From: Planctomycetota bacterium
GTDB lineage: Bacteria > Planctomycetota > PLA2 > JAEUHO01
Reading direction: 5' to 3'
Length of the DNA: 64,000 bases
NCBI GenBank assembly: GCA_050248855.1
Contig: JBFWRP010000006.1
Coordinates: forward strand, 64,001-128,000
Shown: positions 27,139 through 35,270 of the stretch, in pieces
Numbering within the stretch: position 1 is the first letter of the stretch
Layout: each line of letters starts with the position of its first letter
Program-made: the position numbers and the translations under genes
The notes under the pieces: generated by a model
Database searches by the model: none
What the model saw: the letters and a program-made list of their open reading frames with translations, nothing else
Told to the model about the DNA's origin: nothing

Positions 27139-29043
27139 TCATGGAGTAGGCCCTGACACCGCGTGGCGCGCCGCCACGGCGGCCTGCACCTCGTCGTACG
27201 GGACCGTTTCGAGGCGGCGGATCCGCTTGGGGTCGGGCCCGGGCGGCAGGTCGTGGGCGGCGAACGAACCGTCGGGTGCACGCAGCGGCACGGGTGACCG
27301 GGGCACCTCGCTCGAGCGCACCGGGTGGCGACCGCCGCGCAACAGGTGCCACATCCAGCGAGGGCTGCGCGCATAGTTGCGCAGCAGACCCGCCATCCCC
27401 CACGCCTGGAACGCCGCATCCACGAACCAGCCGCGGCGGCTCTTGGAGGCCACGAGCGACCACAGCAGGCGTACTGGGTTGTAGAACCACGTGTAGGCGA
27501 TCAACACGTTGAGCTGTCGCAGCCAGGGATGCTTGGCGCGCGAGGCCACCACGTGGTTGCCGTCCACCATGTGCGGAGTAACGGGCTGACCGTTGACCGA
27601 CTCGTACGCGAGGCCGCTCTCGTACGTCTCGTAGTACAGCTTGGTGCCGTGCGCCGGGGAGAGCAGCAGGACCTGCAGGCTCATGGCGCCCGCCGAGCGC
27701 AGCATCTGCACCTGGTTGAGCAGGCCTCGCGGGCTCTTGATCGTCAGCAGGGGCTGCGTGTCGTCGTGCATCATCATGGGCATCGGCTTGATGCCGGCCT
27801 CACGCATCGCAGCGAACGCCGTCCGCGTGCCGTCTATGGACTGGCCCTTCTTGACCAGCGTGGCGGTCATGTCCTCGACGCCCAGCCACAGCGCCCGCAC
27901 GCCCGCCCGGCGCGCGTCCACGAGGTGGTCGACCATCTGCAGCGTGTCATGGACCGTGACCTCGGTCCCCCAGCGCGCGAACCGTCGGAGCGGCGTGCCG
28001 GCGGGCGAGGAGGCGTCGCGCAGCGTCTCGATGATCTCGACGGCGCGGTCTTTGCGATTGAAGAAGTTGTCGTCGGCTCCGAAGAAGTAGCGGATGCCGT
28101 ACTCGTCGTGGATGCGTCCCATCTCGTCGGCAATGCGTCCCGCGCTCTTTTGCCGGTCTTGGTGCTGGTTGTAGGCGGGGATGGGACAGTACGGGCAGCG
28201 GAACTTGCAGCCGTAGGTCATCTCCATGACGGCCATGGGCGCCAGCTTGCGGACCCGACCGCGCTCCAGGGCCCGGGAGGCCAGGGTGGGCTTGCGGCTC
28301 GGCGCCTCCAGGACGCGGTAGCCCAGGACGGGATGCGGCAGCTCGTCCAGGTTGCGCAGCAGGCGCTGCACGCCGGTGTCGACGAGCTCCTCGGCGACTC
28401 CCTCCCTGCGGCCCTTGGCGTACACGAGTCCTGGGATGTGGTCGAGCATGCCGGCATCACGCACGCGCAGGAAGGTCGTGCGCAGCGTCTCGCTGGCGCG
28501 CTTCTCCTCCAGCAGTACTTCCAGCAGGCTCAGGAAGACGAACGTCTCGCCGGTCGCGGCCACGTCGGCCCCCCAGGGGTCGTGGGGGTCCGTGCCGAAG
28601 GGCAGCCACGGCTGGTAGTTGGTGCGTGGTCCCCCCGCGATCACGAGCGGCCGCTCTGCAGGGTCGATGCGGCATACGTCCCGCAGCAGCTTGTCGGCCG
28701 CCTCCCCGTGGATGGCCATGCTGGAGACGAGGAACATGTCGGGGATGCGTCCGTCCAGCCGCATGGCCGACGGCTGGAACCACCGGTTCCACTGCTGGAA
28801 CACGACGCGCGTCTTCTCGAACCCGACGTCCAGGAGTGCCGACGCCAGCATGCGCACGCCGCCAGGGATCAGACGTCGATCCAGGAACACGAACGGAAGC
28901 ATGCGCGTGCGGTGGTCGAACGCGTAGGCCGCGACCGTGGTCAGGTCGTGGCCCCGAGCGAGGTGCTTCAGGCGGTCGCGCAGGGCAAGAAGCGCGCCGT
29001 CGGGGAGCAGCTCGTCTCCCTTGGCCCGGAACGGCAATTCCAT
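27139..29043 (-). CDS. B12-binding-domain radical SAM protein
   Basis: N-terminal B12-like region (SSM..H, IAGGP, TGE), GCKFRCPYC (CxxxCxxC), FFGADDNFF, W.GVED, KGQ, P..GT..Y. Confidence 0.85.
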   Translation of the reverse strand: MELPFRAKGDELLPDGALLALRDRLKHLARGHDLTTVAAYAFDHRTRMLPFVFLDRRLIPGGVRMLASALLDVGFEKTRVVFQQWNRWFQPSAMRLDGRIPDMFLVSSMAIHGEAADKLLRDVCRIDPAERPLVIAGGPRTNYQPWLPFGTDPHDPWGADVAATGETFVFLSLLEVLLEEKRASETLRTTFLRVRDAGMLDHIPGLVYAKGRREGVAEELVDTGVQRLLRNLDELPHPVLGYRVLEAPSRKPTLASRALERGRVRKLAPMAVMEMTYGCKFRCPYCPIPAYNQHQDRQKSAGRIADEMGRIHDEYGIRYFFGADDNFFNRKDRAVEIIETLRDASSPAGTPLRRFARWGTEVTVHDTLQMVDHLVDARRAGVRALWLGVEDMTATLVKKGQSIDGTRTAFAAMREAGIKPMPMMMHDDTQPLLTIKSPRGLLNQVQMLRSAGAMSLQVLLLSPAHGTKLYYETYESGLAYESVNGQPVTPHMVDGNHVVASRAKHPWLRQLNVLIAYTWFYNPVRLLWSLVASKSRRGWFVDAAFQAWGMAGLLRNYARSPRWMWHLLRGGRHPVRSSEVPRSPVPLRAPDGSFAAHDLPPGPDPKRIRRLETVPYDEVQAAVAARHAVSGPTP

Positions 29044-29096
29044 CGGGCCAGCGTACCCGAGCGGGCGGCACGGAAGGCGGCGCGGTGGGATTGGAG

Positions 29097-29250
29097 GTAC
29101 GGAGGCGGGAAACGTTGCTGCAACCTGCGCCAGTTCCCGGGCCTCCACGTGGATCGCTCGAGTGCCTGAACTGGCTGGGGCCTGCAACAGGTTTTCCCGC
29201 CTCTGTACTTAGGCTGGGGCCTGCAACAGGTCTTCCCGCCTCTGTACTTA
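29097..29250. repeat. Degenerate family 1 element: one forward arm (29097-29128) and two tandem 39-bp inverted arms (29173-29211, 29212-29250)
   Basis: ggctggggcctgcaacaggt(t/c)ttcccgcctctgtactta x2; its reverse complement gtacagaggcgggaa resembles gtacggaggcgggaa at 29097. Confidence 0.7.
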
Positions 29251-29370
29251 CTGGCGCCGCTCCTTGGACGTCGAGACGCTTTTTTTGACGCGCAGACGGA
29301 GCGGCGGCGCCGCTATGCTCCGCGGCCACTGTGGCGAGTGCCGCTCGATCGGGCCGCCCGGGAGGCGACG

Positions 29371-30495
29371 ATGAACGTTTGGAAGCGAGGCCTTCTTGCG
29401 CTGGCGTCGGCATTCTTGGTGGCCTGCGGCGGGGGGGGCTCCGTGGTGCCTGGCGACTCGTGCGAGTTCTTTGATCCCGATGAGTTTGATGACTCCCCGC
29501 TGGGCCGACAGGTGGACATCGAAGTCCGCTTCCTGACGGTCTCGCGTACGCGTCTGGATGCGATGCGCCTCGACGGCCTCGAGTTCCCCAACCTCGCGGC
29601 CATCATGGCCGGAGCCCCTACGAACATGGGCGGCACGAATTGCGGACCTTCGACGGGCGTGGACGCCAACGTCGTCGGGGGGGCGATGGGCGAGGTCGTC
29701 ATCGTTCCCGAGGGACACGCGGGCCAGCAGACGTTGCCGCTGGTTCGCCCCCTCCCCTTCATGCAGAGCGTAGGCGCCCAGGTCTACACGAACTACCCGG
29801 GCCCAGGCAGCTTCGCGATCGATCTCGCCGATCGGCGTGGTCTGGGCATGCTCAACCCAATCCCCGGCGGCCAGATCATCACGCCCCACACGGGTGTTCC
29901 GGCCAGTTCGATCATGTATGCGTTGACGGACGGAGCCGGCGCCAACCAGTTCATCTCGGAGGCCTTCGAAGACGCGGGGACGCGCCAGGTCGTGGCACCG
30001 ATGCTGCGTTCCTACTTCCGCCAGACCGCGACCGTGTTCGTGCCCACGGAAACCGTGGCCTTCGCCGACATGGATCCACAGTTCGCCGCGCGCGGCTCGC
30101 AGATCCACAACGCACTCGGCACGCTGGAGATGGGCCCCGTGCTGCGCATGACGGCGACCGTTCCTGCCAGCAACATCATCAGCCTCGTCCTGGAGCCAGC
30201 ACTCCAGGCCGCACAGGCTACCCTGCCCGACCCGTTCGACCTTGACGGGACAAGCGCTAGCCAAGCCCAGCTTCTGATCACGCGTTCGCGCCAGGTAAGT
30301 GCGACGGTCCTCGTCCCTGATGGGGCGACGTTGATCCTTGGTGGGCTGCGCAACAACGCGACGATGATCGAGACGACGGGGCTGCCCCTCTTCTCGGATC
30401 TGCCTGTGCTCGGCTCGCACGTCTTCGCCAACAACCAACTCAATGCCACCGACCACGACCTCATCATCATGATCAGGCCAACGATCCTTCATTAG
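29371..30495 (+). CDS. Short secretin-domain (GspD/PilQ C-terminal) lipoprotein
   Basis: Lipobox LVA-C, QVDIEVRFL, AP......Q.A, T.VLVPDG.TLILGGL, G.P...DLP.LG..F, LII.I.PTI. Confidence 0.72.
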   Translation: MNVWKRGLLALASAFLVACGGGGSVVPGDSCEFFDPDEFDDSPLGRQVDIEVRFLTVSRTRLDAMRLDGLEFPNLAAIMAGAPTNMGGTNCGPSTGVDANVVGGAMGEVVIVPEGHAGQQTLPLVRPLPFMQSVGAQVYTNYPGPGSFAIDLADRRGLGMLNPIPGGQIITPHTGVPASSIMYALTDGAGANQFISEAFEDAGTRQVVAPMLRSYFRQTATVFVPTETVAFADMDPQFAARGSQIHNALGTLEMGPVLRMTATVPASNIISLVLEPALQAAQATLPDPFDLDGTSASQAQLLITRSRQVSATVLVPDGATLILGGLRNNATMIETTGLPLFSDLPVLGSHVFANNQLNATDHDLIIMIRPTILH

Positions 30496-30543
30496 CCCGC
30501 CACACGGCCGCGGACCGATCCGCGAACAACCGATGGGTACGGT

Positions 30544-30613
30544 GAGTACGGACTGCGGGCAAGTCCCGTGGGTTGGTGGGCAGGGTACATGAGCTTTGCC
30601 CGCACTCGGTAGC
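30544..30613 (+). repeat. 70-bp palindromic element, family 3
   Basis: gagtacggactgcgggcaa...ttgcccgcactcggtagc, a direct copy of 27049-27118; cggtagccc end duplicated. Confidence 0.75.
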
Positions 30614-30749
30614 CCTTCGGTAGCCCAGTCATCCCCTTCGGCCGGGTTTCCCTCCCTCCTGGGCTCCCCGGCTGTCGATCAGCGACGCTTCCGAACGTGG
30701 GTGGGGGACAGCCCGCCTCGCTTCGCGCCGCGCGTGCCACCATGGGCCC

Positions 30750-31595
30750 ATGTCGCGGATCCGTTCGTGGGCTGGTTGGGGAGCACTGGTCACCGGCGCC
30801 AGCTCGGGCATCGGTGAAGCGATCGCGCGCCGCTTGGCGGGCGAGGGAGCGCGGCTCGTCATCACCGCCCGTCGCGAGGAGCGCCTGGCGGCACTCGCCA
30901 GCGAGCTTCGCAGCGCGGGTGCACCCGAGGTCCACGTCGTCGTGGCGGACCTGACGGAGCCTGGGGCCCCCGCTCGCGTGGCGGCGGAGGCCACGGCGCA
31001 GCTCGGACGTGTCGACCTGCTCGTCAACAACGCAGGCTTTGCCGTTCCCGGGCGCTTCGACCGCGGCGACCTCGAGCGGCAGCGATCCATGCTGCGTCTC
31101 AACGTCGAGGCGTCCACCGAGCTGCTCCGTCGCCTGCTGCCGCCCATGCTCGAAGCGGGACGCGGCGCCGTGCTCAACGTCGCGAGCATCGCGGGCTACC
31201 AAGCCGCCCCGTACCAAGCGGCCTACGCAGGCACCAAGGCCTACCTCCTGAACCTGTCCTGCGGCGTGCACCAGGAGGTCAAGGGCACGGGGGTGCACGT
31301 CACGGCCCTCTGCCCGGGCGTGACCGACACCGAGTTCTTCGAGGCCGCGGGCTACACGCGCATGCCCCGGATCCTGCGCTGGCGGATGCCGGCGGACCGC
31401 GTGGCCCGCGCCGGGCTGGCGGCCCTCGCCAAGGGGCGCATGGAGGTCGTGCCGGGGTTCGTGAACAAGGCCCAGCTGTTCAGCCAGCGCTTCCTGCCCC
31501 GCACCTGGGTGGCCGCCCTGGCCAAGCGCCTCCTGGAGGGCCGTCCGCACCCTGACAGCCCGGCGGACAGGCCCCCGGGGGCCGGTGGGGCCTGA
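30750..31595 (+). CDS. Short-chain dehydrogenase/reductase
   Basis: TGASSGIG, LVNNAG, NVAS, YAGTK (YxxxK), LCPG.T.T.F. Confidence 0.9.
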   Translation: MSRIRSWAGWGALVTGASSGIGEAIARRLAGEGARLVITARREERLAALASELRSAGAPEVHVVVADLTEPGAPARVAAEATAQLGRVDLLVNNAGFAVPGRFDRGDLERQRSMLRLNVEASTELLRRLLPPMLEAGRGAVLNVASIAGYQAAPYQAAYAGTKAYLLNLSCGVHQEVKGTGVHVTALCPGVTDTEFFEAAGYTRMPRILRWRMPADRVARAGLAALAKGRMEVVPGFVNKAQLFSQRFLPRTWVAALAKRLLEGRPHPDSPADRPPGAGGA

Positions 31596-31710
31596 ACGGG
31601 GGCCTCCCGCCGCGCGGTGGGCGTGCTACCTTCGCGCGGACGGTCGGCCGGGTCGGGAGCCCGGTCGGCGGCGCCTCCTGCCCTCGGGCCGGGGCGTGGC
31701 GGAGGGAACC

Positions 31711-33066
31711 ATGACGACCACGATCCGGGTCCGCGCCCTTGCGGTGGCGCTCGCCCTGTCCTTGCCCGTGGTGCTGGGCGGGACGGCGTTCGCCGGAGAC
31801 GGCGCCCCGAGCGCCGACCAAGTCGCCGCCTGGGCCTCCGATTCGCCCGCGCCGGCGCATGTCGTCGTGGCCGGGGGGCAGGGTGTCGTCGCTGGATGCC
31901 GCGACGGCGCTTCGTGCGACGAGTGCAAGGTCGTCACGCACTGCGAGGAAATCACCGAGACGGTCAAGGTCCCCGTCTACGGGATCAAGTCGGTGCCCTG
32001 CACCAAGCAGGTCGAAGAGCCCGTCTACGAGATGCGCGAGGTGCCGATCTGGCACGAGCGCCGCGTCCCCGTATTCGTCAAGCAGGAGGTGCCGCTCGTC
32101 GGCAAGCGCACCCTCCCCGTGTACCAGGAGCGTCGCACGCCCATCGTCAAGTACACCCGCGAGCCCTGCATGGACTGCCGCTCGGTGCCGGTCTACGAGA
32201 CGCGCTGGGTGCAGGACGAGAGCCTCGTCCCCACGACGCTCTACGGCACGCGCGTCAAGCGCGTCGAGGGCTACCGGCCCGTCGACGAGGTCCGGGCCGT
32301 GGCGCCCCCGACCTTCGGCACGCGCGAAGTGCCGATCCGCAAGAAGCAGTACGAGCCCGTCTACGAAGAGGTCGAGGTGCCCGTGTACGTGCATCGCGAG
32401 ACCACCGACGTGCTCTGCACGACCGACGAGTGCGGATGCCCCGGCTGCGATTGCCAGGACACCCGGAGCGGCAAGGTGCAGGTTGGCACCAAGAAGGAAA
32501 AGCGACTCGTCGGCTGGCGCGAGACCGAGGGCGCCGTCTGCGGCACCCGCTGCGAGACCGTCAAGACCGGCCACTCCTACGAGGAGAAGGTCGTCGGCCA
32601 GACCAGCGAGTGGGGCACGCTGCGCTGCGAGGAAGAGACCTACCCGCGTACCTGGGTCCTGCAGCCGGAGAAGCGCGGCTGGCGTCAGGAACAGGTGCAG
32701 GTCGGCTGCAAGTGCGAGTCGTTCGAGAAGGGCTTCCAGCTGGGCGAGGCCTGCGTGACGGGCTATGTCACGCACAAGGACGCCGTCGGGCAGCGCTGCG
32801 AGCAGGTCGATGCCGGCACCACCGTGAAGAGCGTCTTCGCGGGCTGGAAGACCGAGCGCGTCTACATGGGCACCGAGACCAAGCGGGTCCAGGTCGGCAC
32901 CCGCTTGCGGACCGTCTGCGACGGGACGCGGGAAGTCCGGGTCCAGATCGGCGAGCGCGAGGAGCGCCGCGTCGTCGGGTACCGCAAGGTCGAAGACCAC
33001 GTCGGCCCGCCGGAGGCGCCGCGCTGTGACGCCCCGGCGTGCACCAGCTGCGCGGGCGGGAAGTAG
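31711..33066 (+). CDS. Secreted Cys/Val/Thr-rich repeat protein (mirror 8-mer/9-mer architecture)
   Basis: GGAGGG RBS, Sec signal ending TAFA|G, xPxY 8-residue repeats followed by 9-residue Gly-terminated repeats; strong GC3 codon usage. Confidence 0.8.
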   Translation: MTTTIRVRALAVALALSLPVVLGGTAFAGDGAPSADQVAAWASDSPAPAHVVVAGGQGVVAGCRDGASCDECKVVTHCEEITETVKVPVYGIKSVPCTKQVEEPVYEMREVPIWHERRVPVFVKQEVPLVGKRTLPVYQERRTPIVKYTREPCMDCRSVPVYETRWVQDESLVPTTLYGTRVKRVEGYRPVDEVRAVAPPTFGTREVPIRKKQYEPVYEEVEVPVYVHRETTDVLCTTDECGCPGCDCQDTRSGKVQVGTKKEKRLVGWRETEGAVCGTRCETVKTGHSYEEKVVGQTSEWGTLRCEEETYPRTWVLQPEKRGWRQEQVQVGCKCESFEKGFQLGEACVTGYVTHKDAVGQRCEQVDAGTTVKSVFAGWKTERVYMGTETKRVQVGTRLRTVCDGTREVRVQIGEREERRVVGYRKVEDHVGPPEAPRCDAPACTSCAGGK

Positions 33067-33145
33067 GTCCCCCGGGACGTGCCCCGCGGAAGGTCGCCTT
33101 CCCCCGCTGCGTCCTAGACTTCGTTGGAACGCGAGGAGGAACGCC

Positions 33146-34357
33146 ATGCGAGGGGTCCGCTCTACCAGCCGCTGGTCGCTAGCCGCCGCCCTGGCCCTGG
33201 GCGTCGCGAGCCTGCTGCCGGCGGCGCCGGCAGGCGCCGAGGACGAGGTCACGCTGCCTCCGCCCGTGGTGGCGCCCGCGCCGGGCTCGGGGCCCGTGGT
33301 GGTGCCCCAGGCCGATCAGCCGCTGACGACGCCGCCGACCGCGAGCGGCGCCTACGTCGGCGTGCTCCCCACCGTCTGCGGCTGCCGCACGCGCCGCGAG
33401 CACGTCCCGGCTCCCGTGCGCGGGCGCATGGAGGTGCAGACCTTCACACGCGTGAACCCGACCTACCGCACCTGGCGCGTTCCCCAGTACCACACCGAGT
33501 ACGAGCCGATCTACGAATGGCGGGACATGCCCGCGTTCCACACGCGTCGTACGCCGCGCTACGAGGACATCACCGTCAAGGTCTACGGGTGGCGTGACGT
33601 CCCGCACGTCGTCGAGCGCAAGCACGAGGTCTGGGAAGAGGTCGAGCGGCCGCGCCTCGTGACCAAGGAGATCCCTGCCGAGCGCTACATCGTGGACGAG
33701 ATCTACGAGCACGGCGAGGAGCCCATCGAGCGCACGGTCAAGCGTCCCACCACGGCCTGCCAGACCGACCCCCAGACGGGTCGTACGTGCCGCGTCACGA
33801 CGGGCGAGGAGGAGTGCACCGTCAACGAGGGCACGCGCCGCTTCAAGGCGCTCCAGGGGTTCCACGGCGAAGTCCGGCCCCACGGCGTGCGTCTCGAGTG
33901 GGTCCAGGAAGGCACGATCAAGGTTCGCGAGTTCCGCGGCGTGCGCGTGGAGAAGATCGTCCAGGGCACGCGTCGCGAGCGCGTCGTCGTGGGCGAGCGC
34001 GTCGAACGCCGCTGCGTCGGCATGGACGAGGAGCGCATCCCGTGCGGCACTCGCCGCGAGCGCGTGAAGGTCGGCGAGCGCGAAGTGAAGAAGTGTGTCG
34101 GCTGGCTGCCCGATCGCGAGCGCATCGGCAACGAGGAAGAGGAAGTGCCCTACGGCTGGGAATGCTCCGAGGAGCCCTGCGGTCGCCCGGGCACGCGTCC
34201 CGTGCGCGAGCCCGTGAGCCTGCCCGAGCTCCGCGTGACCGTCGTGCCCGATGGGGCCGTCGGTTACCGCCTCCTGCCCGGCACGACCACCATGATGGAA
34301 GCCTCGCGCTTCGCCGCCGAGCAGGCGCGCCGCGCGGCCCTCGTCAGCCCGCGGTAG
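33146..34357 (+). CDS. Secreted repeat protein, architectural paralog of the upstream gene
   Basis: GAGGAGG RBS, signal peptide ending AGA|E, Pro-rich linker, 13 8-mers, C-x9-C turn, 14 Gly-terminated 9-mers. Confidence 0.8.
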   Translation: MRGVRSTSRWSLAAALALGVASLLPAAPAGAEDEVTLPPPVVAPAPGSGPVVVPQADQPLTTPPTASGAYVGVLPTVCGCRTRREHVPAPVRGRMEVQTFTRVNPTYRTWRVPQYHTEYEPIYEWRDMPAFHTRRTPRYEDITVKVYGWRDVPHVVERKHEVWEEVERPRLVTKEIPAERYIVDEIYEHGEEPIERTVKRPTTACQTDPQTGRTCRVTTGEEECTVNEGTRRFKALQGFHGEVRPHGVRLEWVQEGTIKVREFRGVRVEKIVQGTRRERVVVGERVERRCVGMDEERIPCGTRRERVKVGEREVKKCVGWLPDRERIGNEEEEVPYGWECSEEPCGRPGTRPVREPVSLPELRVTVVPDGAVGYRLLPGTTTMMEASRFAAEQARRAALVSPR

Positions 34358-35153
34358 ACCTACGCGGCCCGAGGACCTCGGGTGAGAAGGCCACGCCGAT
34401 CGGACAGTGGTCCGAGCCCATCACGTGCGGCTCGTGCCAGGCGTGCAGCAAGTGCTTCGCGCAGCCTCGCGTGGCCAGCGCGAGGTCGATGCGCCAGCCG
34501 ATGTTCTTCTCGCGCACGCCGAAACGCTGCGACCACCACGTGTAGTGGCCGGGCCCGCTCTCGTAGCGGCGGAACGAGTCCACCCAACCGCCCGTGATCC
34601 AGCTGTCGAGGGCCTCGCGCTCGATGGGCGTGAAGCCGCTCGTGCCCGCGTTGGGGCCCGGGCGCGCGAGGTCGATCTCGCGGTGGGCGGTGTTGAAGTC
34701 GCCCAGCACCACGACGCGCTGCCCGCCCTTGGCCATGCGCTCGGCGAGGTCGCGCACCGCCGCCGTGAACTCCAGCTTGTAGGGGATGCGCGAGAGGTCG
34801 CGGTCCTTGCCGTTGCCGTTGGGGAAGTAGCCACCGAGCACCACGAACCGCCCGAAGCGCGCCCCCAGGAGCCGTCCCTCGTCGTCGAAGCGCTCGTCGC
34901 CCAAGCCATCGATCCAGGCGTCGGGTTTCTCCCGGGAGAGAAGGGCTACGCCGCTGTACCCGGCCCGCTTCGCGTCCCGCACCTCGAGGTGCCAGCCGTC
35001 GAGCACGTCCTCCAGCGCCGCACGCATCTGCTCGGGCGTGGCCCGCACCTCCTGCAGCGCCACCACGTCCGCTTCGGTGGCCCGCAGCCACTCCTTCAGC
35101 CCCTTCCCGGCCGCCGACCGCACCCCGTTGATGTTCCACGACGCGATGCGCAC
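34344..35153 (-). CDS. xth: Exodeoxyribonuclease III
   Basis: SWNINGVR, LQE, GYSGVA, EGR, YFPNG, GDFNTAH..ID, YTWWS.R...R.KNIGWRID, GSDHCP. Confidence 0.93.
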   Translation of the reverse strand: MRIASWNINGVRSAAGKGLKEWLRATEADVVALQEVRATPEQMRAALEDVLDGWHLEVRDAKRAGYSGVALLSREKPDAWIDGLGDERFDDEGRLLGARFGRFVVLGGYFPNGNGKDRDLSRIPYKLEFTAAVRDLAERMAKGGQRVVVLGDFNTAHREIDLARPGPNAGTSGFTPIEREALDSWITGGWVDSFRRYESGPGHYTWWSQRFGVREKNIGWRIDLALATRGCAKHLLHAWHEPHVMGSDHCPIGVAFSPEVLGPRRSTAG

Positions 35154-35270
35154 GGATCCACCTCCTGCCGGGCATCCTGCCAGGGGACCGTGCTGACGGG
35201 CCCCTCTGCGGCGGAGGGGGCCTCCTGCCGCGGGGGGCGCTCTGGGGCGAGCCCGGTAGGATCCCGCGCC

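Noticed and set aside
29285..29319. Sigma70 promoter TTGACG...TATGCT upstream of the secretin
   Set aside because: The 23-bp spacer is too long for a canonical promoter.
24650..30720. Integron cassette array
   Set aside because: There are no RYYYAAC/GTTRRRY attC cores and no integrase, and the genes lie in mixed orientation.
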